Notes under the pieces: generated by a model | What the model was told of the DNA's origin: nothing | What the model saw: the letters and a program-made list of their open reading frames with translations, nothing else | The model's database searches: none | Source: Phoronis australis | Lineage: Eukaryota; Animalia; Phoronida | Direction: 5' to 3' | Assembly: GCA_002633005.1 (NCBI GenBank) | Contig: NMRA01000254.1 | Coordinates: 492,436-556,435, forward strand | DNA length: 64,000 nt | Part shown: piece by piece, positions 53,301-63,339 of the stretch | Position numbering within the stretch: the stretch's first letter is position 1 | How the letters are laid out: each line of letters opens with the position of its first letter | Program-made: the position numbers and the translations under genes

Positions 53301-56300
53301 GGTACATTTCATAAAAAACACAAACTTTACATGCAGTAGGAAGAAAGAGCTTTTGTCAGTGCCTCACGTGCACTTGTTAACAAAGGCAATCTCCCATTTA
53401 CAATTCAGTTTTTTGTGTCTTAATTTTCGTTTGATGAAAATTAACTCCCTTAAATATTGAAAGTGTACCCGTGCACAGCGTTCCATTTCCTTGGAATCCA
53501 GCATGACAACTACAGTTGAATGACCCAAAGATGTTCCAGCAGAGGGCATTAGCGTCGCAGTTGTGTATGCCCATGGTGCATTCATTCATATCTACATGTA
53601 GAAATATGTGGTATAAAAGGGAGGTCTTACATTATTATTGCTCTCAGAACTATTGCATTCCGGTCGAAACAATAGTCTTGGCAATGGGTCTTTACGTTAC
53701 ATGTTATATTCGAAAAGCATTGCACGGCTTCCATGACAAGTAGGTTATTTAAAGATTACTTCCATAAGCTTTTCTACTGTATAGAACAGATCTTCATTTT
53801 GTCAGTACCTCATGGTAAACGTTTCATGTTAGTATCAAATTCTTTTTGCTCTGTATTGAATTTCACAAAACCTATCAAACCTACACCATGAAACTATTCC
53901 TAACTGTACGGCGTCTCATTCTCTTGATGACCAGTCCAGCAATAGAATGAGCCACTGGTGAGCAGATGACATAGCTCAGGAAAATGTTCAAGTGAGTCAG
54001 TTAAGGAATCATATCCGTGAAGTGCCAAGGACGTGTTTGCAACAATGCTCGCAAGAAAAAAGTCAACCGAGGTTACCCGGATGGTGCATAAAAGTCACTA
54101 CATGGTTCTAAACAATGAAAATATACCAGAGCATTGCGTTCCATTTCCATGGTAACCACTTTGACAACTGCAGTTGAATGAGCCAATGGTGTTCATGCAG
54201 ACTGCGTTGACGTCACAGTTGTGTGTTCCTGTTGTGCATTCGTCGATATCTAGAAAACATTTGGATCGAGGTTAAAGAAAATAAATCCCGCTTTCTGTTA
54301 AAAACACGTGTAGTAAAATCGGTCATATTTTTCCCTATTCCAGCTTCAAAAGACTTATAATGTTATAAAGAAGAACCGAGAACCAGAGTTAAATGCTTCA
54401 TGCCATGTCACTACGGGTTATTTTAAGTCACCACGGCATCATGGTAGTCAGGGTTAATGCCAAGCGATTTGCTTAAATTTTATTTGTTATTCAAACTGGC
54501 GATAAGAATGCAAAACCGTTTGTTTGGAATTGCATTTACGCCTGTTAAGAAAGCTGAATTTGAATTAAAGTGGCTTTAAAAAAGAACATTTTTAGACAAA
54601 AATAGTGCTCATGGTCTGATGTCTTTTGCGGTCCATCAGACACGCGCAGGCTTCATGGTTGTGCCCAGTACACAAAACACCTGAGCCAAAACTCACAGCA
54701 GCCCTAGGACAGATCAGCAGCTTCTCTGTAAAACAAGTTTTTTGTCCGCTTGTATCGTTTACGAGAACGGAGTTACTTGTGACGCCAATGTAAATGGCCT
54801 TGTCTTCAGAATCAAGGTGTTAACCATTCAGCGTTCATTTAAAGGCTGCATATGAGCATAACCACCCTACCATCGATTTCTAAGCAAAAAATCTGCTGCT
54901 GTATTCAGTGCTGTCTGAGTAAGGTAGCGTCATTTGTCAGGATGGATGCTTGCCACACTGAGAACAATATTATCTGCAAATGCTTGCTTGTAGAACCTTG
55001 GACCCATGTCAGCCGATAACTGTCCATAACCCTGTTGAAGAGGGTGGGTGTTCCCCTGGTGATGAGAAAGGCCACACTGGCACCCTCCAGACAAGCAGTC
55101 GCTGAGCACTTTGATAATCGGCCTGGTAAGACACCATTTCAAAGTCGTTCAGTGCAACTCNAGATTGCAAGCTTTATGTCACTACTGAAATTGTACCTGA
55201 GCAAATCGTCCCATTCCCTAGGTAACCTGTTTGACAGGTGCAGATGAATGAGCCAACGGTGTTCGAGCAGACTGCATTGACGTCACAGTTGTGTCCTCCT
55301 GTTGTGCATTCGTTGATATCTACAAACGTCTCTTTCAAAATTACGATGCAAGATCTTTCAGTAACTCCCTCGTACTTGCGTAAAAGCACACAATTTCCAA
55401 GGGAAGCAATCTGTGCGTTTGTCGAATAAATTTGTGACATTGGGTTCATTAAGGTCAACATGTAAATTTGCTTGTTGCTTGTCAATTTAACTAGAAATGG
55501 CCAGGCATGTGTAGTGGTGCGCAAATGCCGTTTTTTTTGGCCGTTATTGATTTCATCGAACCCGTCTCTCCTAAATACTAAAATTGTACCTGAGTGTGCA
55601 CTGCATTACATTTTTGGTAACCATTCGGACAAACGCTGCTGGATGACCCACAAATTTCAGAGCAGTCGTGAATTCCCACTATGCCCTTATCACCCATGCT
55701 TTGTCTTAAATGCCAGGTTTAACATAAATATGGCGCTCAGAATTACCTTACTCTAAGGAAAAACTATTCAGGACAAGCTAGTATAACTCCACAAACTATT
55801 TTCCTAAACTTTCAATGTATGGAGAACACATGTGGATACTCAAGTTTTTGTCGTTGCATCGTGATAAACATTTCATTTCCGTATGAGCACTCATTACGTT
55901 GGTAACCACCTACAACTGAATTTCAATAGCGGCAACTGCATACTTTCAATGCACCACTAAATGTTGAAATTGTACCATAGCACTGCGTCCCATTTCCTTG
56001 GAAACCACTGTTACAGCTACAGTTGAATGAACCAAAGGTGTTTGAGCAGACGGCTTTGGCGTTACAGTTGTGTTCTCCTGTTCTGCATTCGTTGATATCT
56101 GAAAAAGTTTGACTCAAAATTGGTGTAAGCGCAAGAGTTCAGGGTTGGGAGGGGCAAGCAACGCCCACTAAACAGAGAGGTAGGAAAATGGGGAGCGTAA
56201 AGATGTGTGCCCCTGTTAACTTACAGTCGGTGAGGGTGAAATCCTCATGGCGACAGCCATAGGGGATAGGCAAGGCAGTCACGATCTGAAAGACCCAAAG

Positions 56301-59300
56301 AACCACAAATTTCAAAAAAGAATATCTGCCAACAGCATCAGACTCGGTTTGGCCAGGACATTCTGTTTGGGAACGGCACATTTTTAACAAAATCGGAGTG
56401 GATCGTCTGCGCTCCAACTTTAAAGCCAGATAACACAATTGCTTTGGCGAGCAAGGTATACGTGTAATTTGTGGGAGAATCGTTCCTTTGTCAGTGAGAG
56501 GCAAAATTTGTCCAGGAAGGGGAATGAGCGTGCGCGACAGCGAATAGCATGTGTGAGAGAATTTTGCGCTCGGTCATACCTGATTTTGAGCCTCGCGCAG
56601 GCGCGGAAGTATGGGTGCCGTGTCATCTACAGAGCACGATGTATACCTCTCGCTATGTTTGCTGCAAAGCATGTAACTTTCAAGAAAACAAAAATAAATG
56701 TGATTTTCTTTGCCAATAGATGGCATACTAATGCGCTTTGTAAATGCTGAAATTGTACCTGAGCATTGTGTTCCATTCCCCGTGTAACCACTTTGACATC
56801 TGCAGTTGAATGAGCCAACGGTATTTGAACAGATTGCATTGGCGTCACAATTGTGTTGAGAAGATGTACATTCGTCGTAATCTAGAAATAATTGGTTCGA
56901 AATTAAGATGCAACAAGACATTTTAGTTGAAACGTAACTCAATGGTTTTGGCGTACAAGCAAAATTAGTAATTAAACCAATGCTGCATTTGTCAATGAAT
57001 TTATGATATTTTTCCTGACATGTTCATTTGAAGCTATTTGCCCGTTTGCAGTAAGGATGTCACCATTCTCTCGTTAACCCACTTCCGCAACTACAACTGA
57101 ATTTCAAGAGACGGGGAAATTGCATGCTTTCAATGTATTGCAACTGAGTTCTTAACGCTGAAATTGCACCTGAGCATTTCGTTCCATCCCCATGGTAACC
57201 ACTTCGACAACTACATTTAAATGAGCCAATGGTGTTCGAGCATACTGCATTGACATCACAATTGTCTTCGGCCGTTGTGCATTCGTTGATATCTGCAGAA
57301 GAAACATTCGAAAATTCTTTATTGCACGGATTATTTAGTTAATGCAGGCAATTTGCAAAGAAAGTCATGACATATTTGACAAATATATGAGTGACATCAT
57401 TTCTGTGTTTGTTTGGAAGTGTTTTCAACATTTTGACCACAAAACCATATGGCACTTTTCGCAACAGGTACATTTCATAAAAAACCACAAACTTTACATA
57501 CAGTAGGCAGAAAGAGGTTTTGTCAATGCCTCACGTGAACTTGTTAACAAATGCAATCTCCCATTTAAAATTCCGTTTTTTGTGCCTTATTTTTCGTTTA
57601 ATGAAAATTAACTCTCTTAAATTCTGAAATTGTACCCGTGCACAACGTTCCATTTCCTTGGAATCCAGCATGACAGCTACAGTTGAATGACCCAAAGATG
57701 TTCCAGCAGAGGGCATTAGCGTCGCAGTTGTGTATGCCGATGGTGCATTCATTCATATCTACGTGTAGAAATATGTGGTACAAAAAGGGATGTTTTACAT
57801 TATTAATGCTCTCAGGACTATTGCATTCCGGTCGAAACAATACTTTTGGCAATGGACCGTTACGTTACATGCTATATTCGAAAAGCATTGCATGGCTTCC
57901 ATGACAAGTAAGTTATTTAAAGATTACTTCCATAAGCTTTTCTACTGTAGAGAACAGATCTTCATTTTGTCAGTACCTCATGGTAAACGTTTCATATTAG
58001 TATCAAATTATTTTTGCGCTGTATTGAATTTCTCAAAACCTATCAAACCTACATCATGAAACTATTCCTAACTGTACGGCGTCTCATTCTCTTGGTGACC
58101 AGTCCAGCAATTGAATGAGCCACTGGTGAGCAGATGACATAGCTCAGGAAAATGTTCAAGTGAGTCAGTTAAGGAATCATATCCGTGAAGTGCCAAGGAC
58201 GTGTTTGCAACAATGCTCGCAAGAAAAAAAGTCAACCGAGGTTACCCGGATGGTGCATAAAAGTCACTACATGGTTCTAAACAATGAAAATATACCAGAG
58301 CATTGCGTTCCATTTCCATGGTAACCACTTTGACAACTGCAGTTGAATGAGCCAATGGTGTTTATGCAGACTGCGTTGACGTCACAGTTGTGTGTTCCTG
58401 TTGTGCATTCGTCGATATCTAGAAAACATTTGGATCGAGGTTAAAGAAAATAAATCCCGCTTTCTGTTAAAAACACGTGTAGTAAAATCGGTCTTATTTT
58501 TCTCTATTCCAGCTTCAAAAGACTTACAATGTTATAAAGAAGAACCGAGAACCAGAGTTAAATGCTTCATGCCATGTCACTACGGGTTAGTTTAAGTCAC
58601 CACGGCATCATGGTAGTCAGGGTTAATTCCAAGCGATTTGCTTAAATTTTATTTGTTATTCAAACTGGCGATAAGAATGCAAAACCGTTTGTTTGGAATT
58701 GCATTTACGCCTGTTAAGAAAGCTGAATTTGAATTAAAGTGGCTTTAAAATTCACCAAGAACATTTTTAGACAAAAATAGTGCTCATGGTCTAATGTCTT
58801 TTGCGGTCCATCAGACACGCGCAGGCTTCATGGTTGTGCCCAGTACACAAAACACCTGAGCCAAAACTCACAGCAGCCCTAGGACAGATCAGCAGCTTCT
58901 CTGTAAAACAAGTTTTTGTCCGCTTGTATCGTTTACGAGAACGGAGTTACTTGTGACGCCAATGTAAATGGCCTTGTCTTCAGAATCAAGGTGTTAACCA
59001 TTCAGCGTTCATTTAAAGGCTGCATATGAGCATAACCACCCTACCATCGATTTCTAAGCAAAAAATCTGCTGCTGTATTCAGTGCTGTCTGAGTAAGGTA
59101 GCGTCATTTGTCAGGATGGATGCTTGCCACACTGAGAACAATATTATCTGCAAATGCTTGCTTGTAGAACCTTGGACCCATGTCAGCCGATAATTGTCCA
59201 TAACCCTGTTGAAGAGGGTGGGTGTTCCCCTGGTGATGAGAAAGGCCACACTGGCACCCTCCAGACAAGCAGTCGCTGAGCACTTTGATAATCGGCCTGG

Positions 59301-62300
59301 TAAGACACCATTTCAAAGTCGTTCAGTGCAACTCGTATCGCGTCATGCGTAATGTTGCTGACATTACCTATAAGGTCAATTAAGGCACAGAGGGCAAATT
59401 GTTTATTAAAAACACCCCGTTCCAGTAGCAACCAGAAGTTGTAGAGCGGTCTCGTATAGCGAAGCCCGTCCTACTGAATTGTTCAGAAATTCGTTTTACA
59501 CACCTTGTTTATAAAGATGCCACAAAATGAGCCTTTCGAGTCCTTTGAGAAGGAAAGGTGTTGAATGTTGAATTAATGGACCTACAAGGTTCAGTTATGA
59601 GTTCTTCCCTGCGGGTTTAGGAATGAAAACTATCCTGAGTTTTGTCTAAGTTTAAGAAGTACAACTTAGTCTAAGACTAGCTTTAGATATGCAGGGAATA
59701 GTGTTCTTCCGGTCTCGTGACAATTGTAGCATAATAAAGTAGATCACGTCTAGGTCTCGGAATTTCGATGCTACAAAATACTTTAAAGCCAATTTCGCAA
59801 GATGTGTTGTAGCTACGTTTCAACGTAAGAGAAAGTTGATGGCTCACACTCCTTGTCAGTTCAAACACGATCACTAGGCAGGTTTTCAATGTTAGGATAG
59901 TGATTGCTCAACATGCCCTCAAACGGTTCGTCGGTGGAATGCCTGTACCAGATATCCTCTTCCTGAATGTCCTCTAGTGTTAAAGAGAGGTACATCTAAA
60001 GCAAATTTAACCATCCTTACTCGTGCATAGACGCTTGTAATTTGCTAACAGAAGTTCCTTCAGAAACTAGGCTTAACTCTGCGTGTGGCATTCCTAAACA
60101 CACGATTCATACATAACTCGATCGTACTTGTGTTCAAGCAGAACTTGCAAAGAAACGTGCGTTTAGCATCAATTGCTTAGCTTAGTGATATTGTTTCTGT
60201 CATGTGCAATGTACTGAGAGAGTATTCACCATGTTGACATCTCAAAAACATGTCCCAGAGTTTTTATTGCACCCCGTACGGAACGGATAGCAAGACAAAT
60301 CATTTGAGGGTGTCTCATAATAAACTTGTTTTTTTCACTGTATAAATTCTACAGTAGCCATATCGTCATATGTCTGACATGTCTTACCTTGAGAAGCCTT
60401 TGTTTTAGGTTAGGTGGTTAGGCTCTTCTTTGCCCGCTGGTGATCGCACGTAATAGTCCAAATTATTAACATTTTGTACATAACGATATGCTATACAGTA
60501 ATAACTCGATCACAAGATGGCCTATGGGACCCTTTTTTGAACACTTGCTTCATGCGTCTGATTTTGATTACACGTTGTCATTTAACCTGCCTTCCTTTAA
60601 AACCTTTACATCCGAACGCCAAATTAGTCACATTCAAATCAAAAGGTTACCTTACCAGGAGGAATGCAATGGACGTTTTCGTTGCATATCAACGATTCTC
60701 TGGACCTGCCGTCACAAGAAGGTTCTGTTATAAGTTCTCGTCGACGACGGTTGGCTGAAAGTGTAGGATTTTCGCAAACTCTTGTTCTGGATTTCCATCC
60801 TATTACGCAAGTAGCGCTGCAAACTGACCAACTTGACCACGCACTCCATTGTCCCAATTGAACACTTACTGTTATGACATGTAATAAAACAAAATGAATT
60901 TCAAGGTTATTAGCATGTTCTTACCTACAAGTACAGGCAAGCTCTATTCAACACGGTCGACGTTATTAGAAATTAAAAGAGCAACGTAGGCATGTGCCAA
61001 CGGTGCATCGCAAACGATATATTTTTAAAGGCCACTAGGACATGCTGTAGTAATCGAATCAGTCCAAAAATTACATAGTGTCTGCACATTGTCATCATAT
61101 ACCTCTCAGTCAAGCCTCATTGAAATCCGTCTTTTAGTCTCTAGATTTCATCCGGAAACACTATTCCCATAAGCAACAAGTAAAAAACATTGTTGAGAAC
61201 AGCTTAGATGGTGCTGGCGCACAGTCATCATATTCTACTATTAAAAGTTTCATTGAAGTTCGTCAATTTGTTCTCAAGTTATCATCCAGAAACATTCCTC
61301 CCTCAAACTACACTTCAAAAGCCCATTGTCACAATGCTGCAGTGGAAAATCTTCTCCAAAGTCCAAGAGTTTGCCAAAGAACACTTGCAAAGTCCCATGT
61401 CAAAAACAAAATAGCCACTAGTAGGTGCTACAGTGCTGAAATACGACAGAAAATTAAATGGTTCCGCTGCATTGCCGTAGTCCGTGAAAACTTTCATTGA
61501 AATCCTACACACGATTCTTTATGTGTACATACTGTATAATCCGGAAATACTCTTACACAAAATGGAAAACATTATGCGCTGATGTTGTCAAATTATGCAG
61601 AAAGACAAATAGTGCCAGCTTAATCTAATCATATACCCCTTAGTAAAATTTCAATAAAATTTGTCCATCGGTTCTTGAGATATCATCCAGAAACACCCTT
61701 CAACTAAACAACGCTTGAAAAGCCCTTGACGAGAACAAAATGGCCACTAGGGTGTCGAATCCGCTCCAAAATTCGATGGCGACAAGGTATTGACCCCTAT
61801 GTCATCTTTCATTGAAGTACTTCAATTGGTTCGATAAATATCATTCGGAAACGCACTCATACAAAATGGCCACTAGAAGGCGTTGCAGTATTCGAATCCT
61901 CCCATAAATCAAATGGTGGACGCGCGCAATTTCATCAAATACCTCTATGTTAAGATTATTGAAATCCGCCCATCCGTTCTATAAATATCATGCGAAAACG
62001 CTCTTCCCCCACTAACAGCACTTGAAAAGCCCCTTGTCGAGAACAAAATGGCCACAAAGAGGTGCTGAAATGGTTGAATCAACCGAAAGTTTAATTGTGC
62101 TGGCACATTGATGTCATTTACCTTTTGTTTCATTGAAATCCGTTCTGTAGATACCATCTTAAATGCTCTTTCCCAAAAATATTGAAAAGCGGCACGAAAC
62201 ATGCTAGTGATCCCGTATATACGTGTACACTCTCATGCCAAACTTTATCAAATCCTACAAAGTGTTTTTTGAGATATCGAGCGGACACCCTATCAACCTT

Positions 62301-63036
62301 ACAGCCGGACGCCTGGCGACGACAATATGCGACCACATAATGCATATGGACCATAAAGATTGTTGGGATCTGTGTAGTTAGTTTTTAAAACTACACGAAT
62401 CCAAGTGGATACAGAAGGTACATCCAGTTGTTATTATAAAGTTGATCAAATCAAGTTTCTTCCTATAACGGGTGTTAGTGGTAATACCTGAAACGGACAC
62501 TAGATAGTCCATAAACAAGATTTTATTCACATTTCAGTGGGTGAACGCAGGCATTGTTTCTATTAGCTAAATTGTGTCGTAGAATGGGATATACATGTAA
62601 GACATTTATTTGTCTTGGATTTTTCCTCTTTGGGTTAAACCTACTGCAATGCAACCCAAACGTTCGTCTTGACGGGTAGTCAACCAGGTGCTAATAGTAA
62701 ATGTACCTTGTGGGCAAAACTACCACAGGGGATTTGCTCCACTAAAACAGTTGAGGCATTTTTGGTCAAGAGTTCAATTCAGATTTAGAATGTTGCGATT
62801 TTCTTCCAAGACTGACATATGCATTGTAATGGCACACTGGCGATTAGGCTACGTCGCAAGAGCAAAAGTTATGAGCTCCTAGTAAATATAACAGGTCTAA
62901 CAAAATACATGCCCATGCATAACTGACAACTGATAGCAAATAGTCCGACCATTTCAACATACATGTACGTACCGGTGAGGCATTGGCAAAACAATACATT
63001 TATTGCCAATAATTTCGTTTCAATGCGCAGCTTCAT
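34720..63036 (-). CDS. Type I membrane protein gene: signal peptide - TSP1 - (cbEGF)x16-22 - TM - short tail (multi-exon span)
   Basis: All exons join in frame (64 + 213 + n x 123 + 145 + 64 nt), giving 817 aa with 16 EGF exons or 1063 aa with 22. Additional small exons cannot be excluded. Confidence 0.8.
35191..35428. mobile_element. PIF/Harbinger-like MITE in the last intron
   Basis: Termini GGTCCCGTTCAAAG / CTTGGAACGGGCCT flanked by CAG/CTG. Confidence 0.55.
35467..35611 (-). CDS. Transmembrane exon (phase 1-2)
   Basis: ttttgtAG / GTaagg boundaries; [49 protein letters not shown], i.e. a hydrophobic span followed by KK. Confidence 0.85.
38363..38485 (-). CDS. cbEGF exon (123 bp, phase 1-1)
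   Basis: [42 protein letters not shown]; AG/GT intact. Confidence 0.9.
38649..38771 (-). CDS. cbEGF exon
   Basis: [42 protein letters not shown]; AG/GT intact. Confidence 0.9.
39770..39892 (-). pseudogene. cbEGF pseudo-exon: intact frame but acceptor is GG, not AG
   Basis: [42 protein letters not shown] preceded by atttttGG. Confidence 0.75.
40291..40412 (-). pseudogene. Decayed 'ghost' EGF exon
   Basis: Retains the gaaattgtac flank, attcccttggtaa, ttgacgtca and gtgcattc landmarks, but cysteine codons are lost. Confidence 0.65.
40997..41119 (-). CDS. cbEGF exon
   Basis: [42 protein letters not shown]; AG/GT intact. Confidence 0.88.
   Translation of the reverse strand: MLTNAQQEKTTVMSMRSARTPLAHLHVVVEVVTEGMERFA
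41756..41876 (-). pseudogene. Frameshifted cbEGF exon (121 bp)
   Basis: [24 protein letters not shown] then out of frame; 6-bp deletion plus 4-bp insertion; AG/GT retained. Confidence 0.8.
42202..42345 (-). pseudogene. Decayed 'ghost' EGF exon
   Basis: Landmarks atgttcgagca, tgacgtcacagctgtgt and ggtgtactc; homologous to the 40291 ghost. Confidence 0.6.
43150..43272 (-). CDS. cbEGF exon
   Basis: [42 protein letters not shown]. Confidence 0.9.
43704..43826 (-). CDS. cbEGF exon
   Basis: [42 protein letters not shown]. Confidence 0.9.
44506..44628 (-). CDS. cbEGF exon
   Basis: [42 protein letters not shown]. Confidence 0.9.
44830..45400 (+). mobile_element. Fragment of the same ctagg(g)g(a/c)g tandem-unit repeat family as 22696-23868
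   Basis: Repeated ctctaggggacgc / actaggaggcg units with ttgccaa.tttca spacers. Confidence 0.5.
45688..45810 (-). CDS. cbEGF exon
   Basis: [42 protein letters not shown]. Confidence 0.9.
46413..46552. mobile_element. Tandem pair of ~68-bp hAT-like mini-MITEs
   Basis: First copy has a perfect 13-bp TIR CATGGGCGGCGCA/TGCGCCGCCCATG (46413-46479); a diverged second copy follows. Confidence 0.6.
46663..46785 (-). CDS. cbEGF exon
   Basis: [42 protein letters not shown]. Confidence 0.9.
46933..47055 (-). CDS. cbEGF exon
   Basis: [42 protein letters not shown]. Confidence 0.88.
47112..47234 (-). CDS. cbEGF exon
   Basis: [42 protein letters not shown]; only 56 nt from the next exon. Confidence 0.88.
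47649..48285. mobile_element. Non-autonomous TIR element with 4-bp TSD and a 31-bp subterminal tandem repeat
   Basis: TIR TCTCG(T/C)TGGTTC(C/T)CTGCGTG; TCCG on both flanks; unit tggtccctacgtgccgagtcagcatgctcgc about three times at 47655-47745. Confidence 0.75.
48545..48667 (-). CDS. cbEGF exon
   Basis: [42 protein letters not shown]. Confidence 0.9.
48935..49030 (-). pseudogene. Decayed 'ghost' EGF exon (second copy at ~55590-55690)
   Basis: aaattgtacctg..cactgcgttccattt..gatgaccca landmarks with deletions. Confidence 0.6.
49047..51533. mobile_element. ~2.5-kb insertion present in only one copy of the duplicated block; probably non-autonomous DNA transposon(s)
   Basis: The other copy reads gtcttaaatgccagg (~55703) without it; right side contains AGGGTTAA; internal inverted GGAACCTAGG/CCTAGGTTCC (~49481 / ~51343); no credible ORF. 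Confidence 0.7.
51798..51920 (-). CDS. cbEGF exon
   Basis: [42 protein letters not shown]. Confidence 0.9.
52566..52688 (-). CDS. cbEGF exon
   Basis: [42 protein letters not shown]. Confidence 0.9.
52977..53099 (-). CDS. cbEGF exon
   Basis: [42 protein letters not shown]; donor GTGCAA. Confidence 0.88.
53469..53591 (-). CDS. cbEGF exon
   Basis: [42 protein letters not shown]. Confidence 0.9.
53900..53975 (-). pseudogene. Partial ghost EGF exon (second copy at ~58068-58143)
   Basis: cattctcttg.tgacca..gaatgagccactggtg.gcaga landmarks. Confidence 0.5.
54127..54249 (-). CDS. cbEGF exon
   Basis: [42 protein letters not shown]. Confidence 0.9.
55197..55319 (-). CDS. cbEGF exon (copy of 48545-48667)
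   Basis: [42 protein letters not shown]. Confidence 0.8.
55976..56098 (-). CDS. cbEGF exon (copy of 51798-51920)
   Basis: Ends ...GNGTQCYG. Confidence 0.8.
56759..56881 (-). CDS. cbEGF exon (copy of 52566-52688)
   Basis: [18 protein letters not shown]... Confidence 0.8.
57170..57292 (-). CDS. cbEGF exon (copy of 52977-53099)
   Basis: Ends ...[12 protein letters not shown]. Confidence 0.8.
57636..57758 (-). CDS. cbEGF exon (copy of 53469-53591)
   Basis: [20 protein letters not shown]... Confidence 0.8.
58296..58418 (-). CDS. cbEGF exon (copy of 54127-54249); first EGF after TSP1
   Basis: [23 protein letters not shown]... Confidence 0.85.
60656..60868 (-). CDS. Thrombospondin type-1 domain exon (phase 1-1)
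   Basis: aacAG / GTaagg boundaries; 213 bp; [72 protein letters not shown]. Confidence 0.9.
60975..62357 (+). mobile_element. Helentron/DINE-like element with tandem aaaatggccactag units
   Basis: Multiple diverged units; GGAC-containing 3' tract ending in CCATAAA, like the 22696 element. Confidence 0.5.
62973..63036 (-). CDS. First coding exon: signal peptide
   Basis: ttttcAG-att-ATG (A at -3); [21 protein letters not shown] followed by a phase-1 donor GTacgt; joins the TSP1 exon as ...[14 protein letters not shown]. Confidence 0.7.
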
Positions 63037-63119
63037 AATCTGAAAATGAACAAAGCATTTAATTAACAAAATTTTGCGATATTACGCGTTCTATTCACTT
63101 CGGTACCAAAACAGTACCG

Positions 63120-63339
63120 ATATACAACTATTATGGACGTGCTGAGTAAATATGCAGAAATGTGTGGTTTGAGAGTAAATTATTACAAAACAAAGGTTAC
63201 GTGGATGGCAATATTTTTTTCAAAGCTATTTCCATCATGTGCGTGTTTGTGTGGTGAGAGCGGGTATGGCTTGTATTATATGTCTCTCGTGTCTTTGTAT
63301 ATATGTTTTTTATACCAATAAAAATAAAAAATTAAAAAA
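63120..63339 (+). mobile_element. Small L1/Tx1 fragment with poly(A)-like tail
   Basis: MDVLSKYAEMCGLRVNYYKTKVTW resembles the RT motif SGL.IN..KT; followed by AATAAAAATAAAAAATTAAAAAA. Confidence 0.55.

Larger units (their letters stand above)
48510..59334. repeat. Six-exon block duplicated (48510-55160 vs 55162-59334) across a single N; probably two haplotypes
   Basis: The copies meet exactly at N55161, with collinear exons and introns. Confidence 0.85.

Noticed and set aside
60389-60437. Candidate exon with a strong GTAAGA donor after TSP1
   Set aside because: In-frame stop in phase 1 and length not a multiple of three.
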